Shown here one piece after another: positions 18,597 to 28,351 of a DNA stretch of 64,000 nucleotides (position 1 is its first letter; each line of letters opens with the position of its first letter). The DNA lies in NCBI GenBank assembly GCA_946630435.1, contig CAMOYS010000001.1:7433-71432 (forward strand), read 5' to 3'. This DNA comes from an uncultured Bacillales bacterium. Its GTDB lineage: Bacteria > Bacillota_I > Bacilli_A > RFN20 > CAG-826. Made by a program: the position numbers and the translations under genes. The notes under the pieces are model-generated. The model worked only from the letters and a program-made list of their open reading frames with translations. It was not told the DNA's origin and did not search any database.

Positions 18597-21437
18597 CTAA
18601 TCAAAATCAGTATCATCGAAAATGGATACTTGTTTATAGCCTTTTTCTTCCTCCTCTTTCATCTTTTCTAATTTCTCGTTCAAGTTCTTTTCTTCTAAAG
18701 CTTTTTCTTCTTCGAGACGTCTTCTCTCTTCGATTTCTTTCACTTTAGCATCAAATAAACTTTCTTCGTTAACATCTTCGGTGTTTGGGACATTTTGTCC
18801 TAAAGAGTCGACTTCTGCATGATTATTTTCAGAATTTTCTTCCGCTTCTTTTTCTTCAACAGCTGTTTCTTCGAATAATGAAGGAGTGTTTGTGTCACTA
18901 TCTTCTTCATTTTCTTCCTCAAATTCATCTTTAATCATATTGGAAACGATGTCGTTAGAGATGTAATCATCACCATTAACAAAGACAAATTCAATTGAGT
19001 CACCTTTCGAAAGTTTCACTGATCCTGCTTTTGCATATTTATCCATTGGAGTTAAATGATAATCATTTACTTCGATAGATTTTGTCTCTTTAAGCGCGGT
19101 ATTGAAGAATAAAGTTGTAGGTTCTTCTTTATTTAAAACTTTACCTGCATAAATTAAGGTATGTTTTTCGCTCTTGAAGCACTTAAATACTTCAGTTAAG
19201 CGACCAAGTCTTCTAGTAAGCGCTGTGTTACTTGCTTCATAAATTCTAAGGCAACCTTTATCAGTTAAGATTATAATCTTACCTTTAGTTTCATTAACAT
19301 CATAAGCAAGTCCAGTAGCGATAAACGCTCCATTAAGTTTTCCTATTGCTTTTACCCCACCAGATTTAAGTCCTTGTTGAGGAATTTCATTCTCATTAAA
19401 TAAGGAAGAGAAGCCATTTGTGAGGAATAAAAGGATATTAGAGTTACCTCTTGAGAACATAACTTCTTTCACTTCATCATCCCCTAGTAATTTCATGCAC
19501 ATTACTGACTTAGAATGTCTCACGATTGGGAATAATGAGAGAGGTAGACGCTTAATTTGTCCAAATTTAGAGACAAGAATAAAGAATAAGTCATCTCTAA
19601 ATGTTTCAACGACAAAGGCGCGTACGATTTTTTCATTATTATTTAAGGATGCAAGGTAATTGATATGTTTACCTTCATCTTTCCATTTATTTTCATTGAT
19701 TTCATGAACTGGAATATAAAGATAATTACCTTGGTTAGTAAAGCAGATTAAGAAATCGGTAGTCATAGCCTTACCACTATAGATTAAGGCATCGCCTTCT
19801 TTTAATCCTGGAAGTGGATTATCCCCACTCGAACGGTAAGATTTAACGCTACTACGTTTAATATAACCATCATTAGTGACCGCCACCATCGTTTCTTCTT
19901 TAACGATTAAGTCACGTTTATCAAAGTTGAAGGTATTTTCTTCTTTATCTACGATAACACTTCTTCTTTCTCTACCGTATTTTTGAGAAATCTTACGTAA
20001 ATCAGAGCAAAGTAAACGGTCGAGTTTCTTTCTATCCGATAAGATTCCTTCAAGGTCAGCAATGGTTTGAATTAATGTATTCTTCTCATTAATCAAAGTA
20101 GTCATATCGGTATTAGTGAGTTTATAAAGTTGAAGCATAACGATAGCTTCCGCTTGTGGTTCACTAAAACCAAATTTCTCGGATATATTTTTCTTCGCGT
20201 CTTGTTTATCTTTAGAAGCTCTAATTGTGTTTACAACTTCATCAAGGATGGAAACAGCTTTAATTAAACCATCCACTATTTCAAGACGACCTTTTGATTT
20301 CTTCAAATCAAATTCGCTTCTTCTAGTGATAACTTCAACTTGGTGAGCAATATAAGCGTCAATAAAATCAAGCAAGGTCATGGTTTTTGGTGAACCATTA
20401 ACAATTGCCACCATATTTGGAGAGAACGAACCTCTAAGGCCAGTCTTAGTGTTCAAGTAGTTATAAATAGCTTCCATATTCGCATCTTTTTTAAGATCGA
20501 TAACGATACGGAGACCTTTTTGGTCTGATTCATCTCTAACTTCTAAAATACCTGGAAGAACTTTATCATGACGAAGCATATCGAGTTCATGGACTAAATC
20601 AATCTTGATTGTGCCATAAGGAATCTCAGTGATAACGATGCGTTTTTCTTTATCGTTATCGATAACTTCGGTCTTAGAAGATATTTCAATTCTTCCTCTT
20701 CCTTTGGTGTATGAATCCACTAAAGAAGGCGTTTTATAAATAATTCCACCAGTTGGGAAATCTGGTCCAGGAATGAATTGCATTAGGTCTAAAGATGAGA
20801 CATTTACGTGATTTATCCTATATATAGTCGCCTCAATTACTTCTTTTAGGTTATGTGGAGGGATATCTGTGGCTAAGGCAACAGCAATACCTTCACTACC
20901 ATTTACAAGTAAATTAGGGAAACGAGCTGGAAGGACAACTGGTTCAAAATCATCATCATCAAAAGTAAGCGCCATATCGACGGTATCTTTTTCGATGTCA
21001 CGAATCATTTCTTCTGCGATTAAAGATAATCTCGCTTCAGTATAACGATAAGCAGCTGGTGGATCGCCATCGATTGAACCTTTATTTCCTTGGAAATCAA
21101 TAAGTGGAGCGTTCACTTTCCAGTCTTGGCTCATTCTAACTAAAGCTTCATAGATAGAAGTATCACCATGTGGATGGTATTTACCCATAACTCCACCGAC
21201 GGTGTGCGCTGATTTTCTAGTTGGACGGGTGAAAATATTCCCGTTTTTATACATATAGTAAATGATTCTTCTTTGGACTGGCTTTAAACCATCCCTAGCA
21301 TCTGGAATCGCTCTATCTTGGATAACGTATTTCGCGTAGGTAGCGTAACGAGAACCCATGATTTCTTCCATAGTTTCACTATGGATGTTTTCTTGGATCT
21401 CTTCTTCAATAATTAGGTTAGTGTTCTTCTTAGCCAT
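18597..21437 (-). CDS. parC: DNA topoisomerase IV subunit A (ParC) with a long acidic C-terminal tail
   Basis: 946 aa with the GyrA/ParC N-terminal domain (active-site Tyr region, AAYRYTEARL). No GyrA box QRRGGKG was seen. The plsY-parE-parC context is conserved, and the last roughly 130 aa are Glu-rich and low complexity. Confidence 0.8.
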   Translation of the reverse strand: MAKKNTNLIIEEEIQENIHSETMEEIMGSRYATYAKYVIQDRAIPDARDGLKPVQRRIIYYMYKNGNIFTRPTRKSAHTVGGVMGKYHPHGDTSIYEALVRMSQDWKVNAPLIDFQGNKGSIDGDPPAAYRYTEARLSLIAEEMIRDIEKDTVDMALTFDDDDFEPVVLPARFPNLLVNGSEGIAVALATDIPPHNLKEVIEATIYRINHVNVSSLDLMQFIPGPDFPTGGIIYKTPSLVDSYTKGRGRIEISSKTEVIDNDKEKRIVITEIPYGTIKIDLVHELDMLRHDKVLPGILEVRDESDQKGLRIVIDLKKDANMEAIYNYLNTKTGLRGSFSPNMVAIVNGSPKTMTLLDFIDAYIAHQVEVITRRSEFDLKKSKGRLEIVDGLIKAVSILDEVVNTIRASKDKQDAKKNISEKFGFSEPQAEAIVMLQLYKLTNTDMTTLINEKNTLIQTIADLEGILSDRKKLDRLLCSDLRKISQKYGRERRSVIVDKEENTFNFDKRDLIVKEETMVAVTNDGYIKRSSVKSYRSSGDNPLPGLKEGDALIYSGKAMTTDFLICFTNQGNYLYIPVHEINENKWKDEGKHINYLASLNNNEKIVRAFVVETFRDDLFFILVSKFGQIKRLPLSLFPIVRHSKSVMCMKLLGDDEVKEVMFSRGNSNILLFLTNGFSSLFNENEIPQQGLKSGGVKAIGKLNGAFIATGLAYDVNETKGKIIILTDKGCLRIYEASNTALTRRLGRLTEVFKCFKSEKHTLIYAGKVLNKEEPTTLFFNTALKETKSIEVNDYHLTPMDKYAKAGSVKLSKGDSIEFVFVNGDDYISNDIVSNMIKDEFEEENEEDSDTNTPSLFEETAVEEKEAEENSENNHAEVDSLGQNVPNTEDVNEESLFDAKVKEIEERRRLEEEKALEEKNLNEKLEKMKEEEEKGYKQVSIFDDTDFD

Positions 21438-21439
21438 AA

Positions 21440-23413
21440 TTATTTAACCTCATCAATAAAGGAGTCAACTTCGTTGAAGTTAACGTTTTCCTCTACCCAT
21501 TGTCTTCTGATTTGGGTGTCATTACCCATTAAAACATTTACTCTTTGTTCTGCGAGTAATGGATCTTCAATTGTAACTTTTAATAATTGTCTAGTTTTAG
21601 GAGACATGGTGGATTCCCAAAGTTGTTCAGCGTTCATTTCTCCTAAACCTTTATAACGGTTAATACGATAGCCTGCTCCTATTTCTTTTTTAGCGACTTC
21701 TAAATCGTTATCATCCCAAGCGTAACGATAGACTAGCTTATGATTAACTTCTTTAGAAACGCGATATAAAGGAGGCATCGCGACAAAAAGCATACCTTTA
21801 GTAATAAGTGGTCTCATATAGTGATAGAAGAAAGTTAAAAGTAAGGTTTGGATATGAGCTCCATCGGTATCAGCATCGGTCATAATGATAACTTTGCCAT
21901 AGTGAGAATTCTCTGGCTTAAAGTCATCAGCGATACCTGCGCCAATGGTGTTTGTAATTGTGGCAAATTCCTCATTTTTAAGCATTCTATCTTTAGTGAC
22001 TACTTGGGTATTAAGTGGTTTTCCACGAAGTGGAAGAATGGCTTGATGGAGTCGATCACGTCCACTACGAGCGGTTCCACCAGCGGATTCACCTTCAACG
22101 ATAAATAATTCGTTTTTGTCATAATCTTTTGATTGGCAAGGAGTTAATTTATCGCTAAGAATGTATTCAGTTTTAACTTTTTTAGAGTTTCTTGCTTCAT
22201 CTTTTGCTTTTCTTGCAGCAATACGAGCGGTTTGAGCGTCTGTGCATTTTTTAATTAAAGAAATAGCGAATTCCTTATTTTCATTTAAATAATAAGTAAA
22301 TTGATTATAAATAAAGTTCGAAACCATATTATACGCGGCAGGTGTGCCGAGTTTTTGCTTAGTTTGACCTTCGTATTCAAGCAATTGTTCTGGGATCTTT
22401 AAAGAGATAATCGCGGTTAAACCTTCACGAATATCACTTCCTTCAAGTTTAGCTTTATTTCTTAATAAGTTATTTTCTTCGGCGTAGTCATTGACCGCTT
22501 TTGTTAAAGCGGTTTTGAACCCAGATTCATGGGTACCACCATCTCTAGTACGAACATTATTCGCGTAAGAATAGATTGTTTCAGTGTAATCTTTAGAACA
22601 ATATTGCATAGCAATCTCAATCTTGATTTCATCATCAGTATCTTCAAAAGACATGATTTCTCCTATAGGAGTTTTATTCGCGTTCATGGTAGCGATATAT
22701 TGTTTGATACCTTCTTCATAACAATATTCTGCTTTTTGGTTTGTTCTTTCATCTATAACGACAAACTTAACGCCTTTAAGTAAAAATGCACTCTCTTGGA
22801 CGTGATTTGTAATCGTATCAAATTTAAAATCAGTCGAAGCAAAAATCTTAGGATCTGGCTTAAATCTTACCAAAGTCCCGTGTTTTCTAGTTGGTCCAAG
22901 CTCTTCTAATGGAATAGCGAGCTTACCACCATTTTCAAAACGAAGATGGGATATTTTGCCGTTTCTAAAGACAGTAACATCACAGTAAACGCTTAAAGCG
23001 TTTGTAACGGAAGCACCGACACCATGAAGACCTGCACTAGAAGTATAAGCTTTATTAGAGAACTTACCACCAGAATGAAGCGTGGAGAAAATAAGTTGAA
23101 CCGCAGGCATTCCAGTTCCTTTATGAATATCGACTGGAATTCCTCTTCCTTCATCAAGGACGGATAAAGAACCATCCTTATGGATGGTAATAAGAATAAT
23201 GTTACCGAAACCACTTAAAGCTTCATCAACAGCGTTATCAACAACTTCCCATACTAAATGATGGAGACCGGTTTGGTTCGTAGAACCAATATACATACCA
23301 GGTCTTTTTCTAACGCCTGCTAAACCTTCAAGAAGTTCGATGTCGTTAGCGGTATAATTTTCTTCCGCTTTCTTCTCTTTTGCTTCTTGATTCTTATTTT
23401 CTAATTCGTTCAT
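21440..23413 (-). CDS. parE: DNA topoisomerase IV subunit B (ParE)
   Basis: 657 aa with GHKL ATPase and Toprim domains (EGDSAGG, PLRGK). Confidence 0.85.
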   Translation of the reverse strand: MNELENKNQEAKEKKAEENYTANDIELLEGLAGVRKRPGMYIGSTNQTGLHHLVWEVVDNAVDEALSGFGNIILITIHKDGSLSVLDEGRGIPVDIHKGTGMPAVQLIFSTLHSGGKFSNKAYTSSAGLHGVGASVTNALSVYCDVTVFRNGKISHLRFENGGKLAIPLEELGPTRKHGTLVRFKPDPKIFASTDFKFDTITNHVQESAFLLKGVKFVVIDERTNQKAEYCYEEGIKQYIATMNANKTPIGEIMSFEDTDDEIKIEIAMQYCSKDYTETIYSYANNVRTRDGGTHESGFKTALTKAVNDYAEENNLLRNKAKLEGSDIREGLTAIISLKIPEQLLEYEGQTKQKLGTPAAYNMVSNFIYNQFTYYLNENKEFAISLIKKCTDAQTARIAARKAKDEARNSKKVKTEYILSDKLTPCQSKDYDKNELFIVEGESAGGTARSGRDRLHQAILPLRGKPLNTQVVTKDRMLKNEEFATITNTIGAGIADDFKPENSHYGKVIIMTDADTDGAHIQTLLLTFFYHYMRPLITKGMLFVAMPPLYRVSKEVNHKLVYRYAWDDNDLEVAKKEIGAGYRINRYKGLGEMNAEQLWESTMSPKTRQLLKVTIEDPLLAEQRVNVLMGNDTQIRRQWVEENVNFNEVDSFIDEVK

Positions 23414-23500
23414 TCAAAATGGATTCTCCAAATACAATTAAGAATTGTAACAAAAATATTATTGAATTGTAATATCTATTTTGTATAATAGATACTCGTT

Positions 23501-24265
23501 TTGGAGGAAAAACGTATGGATATTATTATATATAATATAGTCATTGCTCTAGGAATGCTAATCATGGGATATTTAATCGGATCTATTCCTTTCTCTATTA
23601 TTCTTTCTAAGACTTTGTATCATAAAGACATCAGAGAATATGGTTCTAAAAACGCTGGTGGAACTAATATGGGTCGTGTCTTTGGTAAGAAAATCGGTGT
23701 TATCACTATCTTACTTGATATGGCGAAAACAATTTTAGCTCTTGTAGGCGCATATCTTTTAGTTAATTTAGTTTTTAATCCTTTATTCCAAGAACATTTT
23801 GGACAATTACTTTGGGATAATGGCATTCTTTATTACTATTTAGCCGCGCTTGGTGCTTCATTTGGACACTGCTGGCCAATCTATGCTGGCTTTAAAGGCG
23901 GTAAGACAGTTTCAGTCTTCACTGGCTTTGGAGTGGGCTGCTCCTGGTTTGAATTCTTAATCGGTTTAATCTGTTTCTTTGGACTCAAAATCAAAACCAA
24001 ATATGTCTCAGTTGCAAGTATCGGAACAGCGATCGGAATCACTATCACATCATGGGTTATGGCCCTCCTTGTTTTAGTGCTTAAAGATCAACCTGTTTAT
24101 CTTCAACATTTAGGCATGTGGGGTTGGGGTTATTATCTCCTCGCTGGATGGGAACATGCAAGTGTCATTACGATCATCGCAATTATCCTCGTTGTTCGTC
24201 ATATCCCAAATATTAAGCGACTCATTAAGGGTGAGGAAAATAAGGTCGGAAACGCTGCAAAATAG
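23501..24265 (+). CDS. plsY: glycerol-3-phosphate acyltransferase PlsY
   Basis: 254-aa membrane protein carrying the PlsY signature GSKNAGGTN. Confidence 0.9.
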   Translation: MEEKRMDIIIYNIVIALGMLIMGYLIGSIPFSIILSKTLYHKDIREYGSKNAGGTNMGRVFGKKIGVITILLDMAKTILALVGAYLLVNLVFNPLFQEHFGQLLWDNGILYYYLAALGASFGHCWPIYAGFKGGKTVSVFTGFGVGCSWFEFLIGLICFFGLKIKTKYVSVASIGTAIGITITSWVMALLVLVLKDQPVYLQHLGMWGWGYYLLAGWEHASVITIIAIILVVRHIPNIKRLIKGEENKVGNAAK

Positions 24266-24601
24266 TAGCAAATTAGTAGTTTTTTAGTCGAAATAATGAG
24301 TGTGAATAAATAAATCACACCTGGAAAACGTCGGTCAAAAAGTTCGATAAATTCGAATGTTTAGATTGACGTTTTTATTTTTATCCACACTGCCTCCCCT
24401 ACAACCACTACTCGGAATTTTATCACTATTAAAAAGAAGCCCGTTAAGGCCCCTATTTCTCCTCTACCCTAAAACTATTAAGCCCTATGTTGTTGTTCTT
24501 CTTTATGCTCCTATTTTGGCGATTTTCGTATTTTAACTTTTCACTAATTTTGAGTATTGTTTTTGTTTCTTTTTTGTACTCTATTTTCCCCTACTCCACT
24601 A

Positions 24602-24629
24602 ACAAAAAAGCACCCCATTTTTGGAGTGC
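24602..24629 (-). terminator. terminator after the yneF-like gene
   Basis: Minus strand: GCACTCCAAAAATGGGGTGC hairpin then TTTTTTGTT. Confidence 0.7.
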
Positions 24630-24648
24630 AATTTGATGAGAAATTTTG

Positions 24649-24876
24649 TTATTGATTTCTTTTCATTTGGTTCATGATTTGTCTGATTTGAGCTTCGGAT
24701 GGGTTACGGCCCATTTGACGATACATGGCTCTAATCATGTTCTCATTAATTGGTGGGTTTTTTTGTAATTCTCTTTTGAAATACCATCTAGCTAAGAAGA
24801 AGCCAGCGATTGCGCCACCTAAGATGCAAAGAATGATAGTTACGACAAATCCCCAAATTGGTAATGTGTCCATCAT
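24649..24876 (-). CDS. UPF0154 (YneF-like) small membrane protein
   Basis: 75 aa with one N-terminal transmembrane helix and a basic C-terminus (NENMIRAMYRQMGRNPSEAQIRQIM), typical of the YneF family. Confidence 0.7.
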   Translation of the reverse strand: MMDTLPIWGFVVTIILCILGGAIAGFFLARWYFKRELQKNPPINENMIRAMYRQMGRNPSEAQIRQIMNQMKRNQ

Positions 24877-24881
24877 AATGA

Positions 24882-25436
24882 TTAGGCCCTTCCATCGTAT
24901 TCACCTGTATCGGTTCTTACGGAAATGGTTTCACCATTATCGATGAAGAGTGGGACTCTTAAACGATAGCCAGTCTCTAAAGTTGCATTCTTCATAGCTT
25001 TATTGACTGTGTCACCTCTAACAGCTGGTTCACAATCAACGATCTTTAAGGCAACTGAGCTTGGTAAGGTAATACCTAAGATTTCATCTTCATAGAAGAG
25101 AATATCGATTTCGAGGTTTTCGGTTAAGAAATTTAATTCCCATTCGAGTTTCTTCTTTTCGATTTCGATTTGTTCGTAGGTGTTATTGTCCATGAAGACT
25201 AAGAAATCACCGGAATCATATAAGTAAGCCATTTTCTTCTTTTCAAGCATAGCTTTTTCAACATCGTAACCAGAGTTACGAGCGAGTTCGGTAATTGCGC
25301 CAGTTCTCATGTTTTTAGCTTTGACTTTAGCGACCATTTTTCTCATCGCTGTTTTGTTTAAAAGGATATCTAAGACTTGATAAAGGTTACCTTCATCAAT
25401 GAAATAGTTTCCAGGTCTTAATTCTGTAACGTTCAT
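24882..25436 (-). CDS. efp: elongation factor P
   Basis: 184 aa with EF-P KOW and OB domains; it has the conserved lysine loop region. Confidence 0.9.
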   Translation of the reverse strand: MNVTELRPGNYFIDEGNLYQVLDILLNKTAMRKMVAKVKAKNMRTGAITELARNSGYDVEKAMLEKKKMAYLYDSGDFLVFMDNNTYEQIEIEKKKLEWELNFLTENLEIDILFYEDEILGITLPSSVALKIVDCEPAVRGDTVNKAMKNATLETGYRLRVPLFIDNGETISVRTDTGEYDGRA

Positions 25437-25477
25437 TTTTATTCCTCCATAAAAACGTAAATATTATAACTAAAAGT

Positions 25478-26116
25478 CTATAGAATACGCAAATACATAT
25501 TGTATTTAAGTTCTCTTTCGAGGTTTGTTTTTATTCCATGTCCTGGATAAATAACGTAATTCGCGTTTAATTCTTTTATTTTTAATAAACTATCATTAAC
25601 TTTTCTTGGTTCACTAGTAATTAAGTCAGTTCGTCCAATGGTGTTAAAAAATAATGTATCTCCACTAAAGATTATTTCTTCATTAATAAAGATATATATA
25701 ACGCTTCCTTTTGTGTGGAATGGGGTGTGCATTACTTTGATACTAAATCCTAAGAGGTTTAAGTTATCATTATCACTTAATGTGATAAGATGTTTTACTT
25801 TCACCACCACATTCATTCCATTATTGAATTCATCACTAAGATTATATTTAGGAGAAGATAAACAAATCTTATCTTCTTCATGAATATAAGTAATCGCGTT
25901 AGGATAAACTTTTAAAACATCATTAAGCGCGCCGATATGATCATAATGACCATGAGTGATTAAGATATATTTAATATCGACATTTAGTTTCTTTAAGTGT
26001 TCTATTAAGCAGTTATTCGCATTATATCCAGGGTCAATTAAAATACCTTCATTATTATCATTAATAACGGTGTAGATATTACAAGCTTGCCTAGTGATAT
26101 AAGTGTCTAACTTCAT
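25478..26116 (-). CDS. MBL-fold metallo-hydrolase
   Basis: 212 aa with the HxHxDH motif (ITHGHYDHIG). Confidence 0.8.
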   Translation of the reverse strand: MKLDTYITRQACNIYTVINDNNEGILIDPGYNANNCLIEHLKKLNVDIKYILITHGHYDHIGALNDVLKVYPNAITYIHEEDKICLSSPKYNLSDEFNNGMNVVVKVKHLITLSDNDNLNLLGFSIKVMHTPFHTKGSVIYIFINEEIIFSGDTLFFNTIGRTDLITSEPRKVNDSLLKIKELNANYVIYPGHGIKTNLERELKYNMYLRIL

Positions 26117-26148
26117 AAAAATAAAAAAGGTTTGGTATTACCAAGCCT
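26113..26148 (-). terminator. terminator after rpmG
   Basis: Minus strand: AGGCTTGGTAATACCAAACCT hairpin then TTTTTTATTTTTATG. Confidence 0.65.
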
Positions 26149-26314
26149 ATTTTTTCTCCTTATGGACTGTAGATTTTTTGCAACGTGGGCAATATTTCTT
26201 TAATTCGAGTCTATCAGGATGTTCCTTACGGTTCTTTTCGGTTAAATAATTTTCTTCACCGCAGACAGTGCATTTCATTAAGATGCTGTGTCTTGCTTCT
26301 TTTGATTTTGCCAT
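26147..26314 (-). CDS. rpmG: 50S ribosomal protein L33
   Basis: Absent from the ORF track because it is under 60 aa. The minus-strand translation is MAKSKEARHSILMKCTVCGEENYLTEKNRKEHPDRLELKKYCPRCKKSTVHKEKK, with the Cys4 zinc ribbon and ERLELKKYCP signature of L33. Confidence 0.85.
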   Translation of the reverse strand: MAKSKEARHSILMKCTVCGEENYLTEKNRKEHPDRLELKKYCPRCKKSTVHKEKK

Positions 26315-26398
26315 AATTTAGTCACCTCAATTTTTGTAACGCGATTATCATAACATATTTAAAAACATATCTACAAGATATTTTTTCTAGTTTATAAT

Positions 26399-27457
26399 AT
26401 GGATAATATGAAAAGAAATGAAACCAAAAAGATAAAAGTCGGAAATATTACGATTGGGGGAAGCCCTAATGTTCTCATTCAATCAATGTGTAATATTAAA
26501 ACTTCTCGAGTCGAAGAAGTTGCTAAACAAATCAATGATTGTGCCTTTTTAGGCGCGGATTTAATGAGAGTCTCTGTCTTAGATGAAGAAGACGCTTATG
26601 CAATTAAAGAACTCAAGAAAAAAATAAATATCCCATTAATCGCTGATATCCATTTTGACTATAAGCTCGCTTTAATTTCTATGGAATCAGGCGTAGATGC
26701 GATTAGAATTAACCCAGGAAATATTGGAAGTGATGATAAAGTAAAAGCCGTTATCGATATGGCTAAAGAGAAACATATCCCAATTAGAATCGGAGTAAAT
26801 TCTGGTTCTATTGATAAAAATATCAATAACAATACCTCTAAACTAAAAGCTGAAGAATTAGTTAAATCCGCTGCTAAAATGGTCAAAACACTGGAGAACC
26901 TAGGCTTTTTTGATATTGTAATCTCTTTAAAAGGTAGTCACGTTTTAGAAACAATTGAAGCGTATAGACTCGCGAGTGAAACGTTTAATTACCCTCTTCA
27001 TTTAGGAATAACTGAAGCCGGTCCAAAAGATATTGGTTTAATTCGAAGCACCGCTGGTTTAGCCCCAATTCTATTAGATGGAATCGGTGATACAATTCGT
27101 ATTTCTTTATCGGATGATCCTATTGAAGAAGTTAAAGCAGCCCGTCGATTACTTAAAGATTTAGAAATTAGAAACGATTACCCTACTTTAATTTCTTGCC
27201 CAACTTGTGGAAGAACCCAAGTTGATTTAGTTCCTCTTGCCAAAAAGATTCTCGCCTTTTTAGAAGAGAATCATATTAATAAAACAGTCGCGATTATGGG
27301 TTGTATTGTTAATGGACCTGGCGAAGCTAAACGCGCTGATCTAGGCTGTGCAGGTGGAAAAGGCGTCTTTGCTATCTTTAAAAAAGATAAAGTATTAAGA
27401 ACTGTTAAAGAAGAAGATATATTCGAAGAGATGAAAAAAGAAATCTTAAAATTATAA
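26399..27457 (+). CDS. ispG: 4-hydroxy-3-methylbut-2-enyl diphosphate synthase (IspG/GcpE)
   Basis: 352 aa with the GcpE TIM barrel and the C-terminal CPTCGRT...GCIVNGPGE [4Fe-4S] motif. Confidence 0.9.
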   Translation: MDNMKRNETKKIKVGNITIGGSPNVLIQSMCNIKTSRVEEVAKQINDCAFLGADLMRVSVLDEEDAYAIKELKKKINIPLIADIHFDYKLALISMESGVDAIRINPGNIGSDDKVKAVIDMAKEKHIPIRIGVNSGSIDKNINNNTSKLKAEELVKSAAKMVKTLENLGFFDIVISLKGSHVLETIEAYRLASETFNYPLHLGITEAGPKDIGLIRSTAGLAPILLDGIGDTIRISLSDDPIEEVKAARRLLKDLEIRNDYPTLISCPTCGRTQVDLVPLAKKILAFLEENHINKTVAIMGCIVNGPGEAKRADLGCAGGKGVFAIFKKDKVLRTVKEEDIFEEMKKEILKL

Positions 27458-28351
27458 TTTCTTTAAGAATTCTTCTCTCCAACCTTCTATAAACTTATTA
27501 TTCATTAGCATTGAAATTTCCTCTTTATATGGAGGATTTTTCTCTATATAAGGTGTTTCAAGAATCTTTGGAATATCAGTGAGCTTTGGATGATGAACAA
27601 CATAATTTAAGGCATCAAAACCAATATAGCCATAACCTAAATTTTCATGTCTATCTTTATGCGCGCCTACTGGGTTTTTAGAATCATTTATATGTAAAAC
27701 TAGTAAGCGATCAAGACCGATAATCTTATCAAAAGAAGCGAGGATTTCATCAAAATTTTCTATAGGAAGTCCACTATCTGAGACATGGCAGGTATCTAAA
27801 CAGACCCCTAGCCTATCTTTGTGCTTGGAGTTATTTATAATATAAGCGAGTTGTTCAAAGGTGGTTCCAAGTTCACTTCCCTTACCCGCCATAGTTTCTA
27901 AAGCAATCTTAACATCGGAGTTATCTTTATCTAAAACTTCATCAATTCCATCAATAATAGCGTTTAGCCCGACTTGTTCTCCGTTTCCAACGTGACTTCC
28001 TGGATGAAGCACTAAAAGTTTAGCGTGAAAAGCGTGCGTTCTTTGCACTTCACTAAGTAATGCTTTTTTAGCGATATCATAAACGGAAGGATTTCCGATA
28101 TTGGCTAAATTAATAATATAAGGCGCGTGTACGACAATCTTATCTTCATTAAAGCCGTGTTCAAGTAAAAGCTTTCGACCTTCTTCGATTTTGCATCTAT
28201 CTAATGGAGAACGAAAGGTGTTTTGTGGAGCGCCTGTATAAAACATAAAGGTCGTAGAACCATAGGAAATGGCCTCTTTGACACTTCCAAGATAAAAATC
28301 TGGTCCACTCATAGAGACATGAGAGCCTAAATATAATTTTTCGTTATTCAT
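27452..28351 (-). CDS. nfo: endonuclease IV
   Basis: 299-aa Xyl-isomerase-like TIM barrel with the AP endonuclease family 2 motifs (HAPYIINL, HLND). Confidence 0.85.
   Translation of the reverse strand: MNNEKLYLGSHVSMSGPDFYLGSVKEAISYGSTTFMFYTGAPQNTFRSPLDRCKIEEGRKLLLEHGFNEDKIVVHAPYIINLANIGNPSVYDIAKKALLSEVQRTHAFHAKLLVLHPGSHVGNGEQVGLNAIIDGIDEVLDKDNSDVKIALETMAGKGSELGTTFEQLAYIINNSKHKDRLGVCLDTCHVSDSGLPIENFDEILASFDKIIGLDRLLVLHINDSKNPVGAHKDRHENLGYGYIGFDALNYVVHHPKLTDIPKILETPYIEKNPPYKEEISMLMNNKFIEGWREEFLKKL

Noticed and set aside
24376-24384. Perfect DnaA box TTATCCACA as a replication origin
   Set aside because: There is only a single box. No cluster of boxes, no dnaA/dnaN context and no adjacent AT-rich DNA-unwinding element were recognised. 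One 9-mer match in 64 kb is expected by chance.
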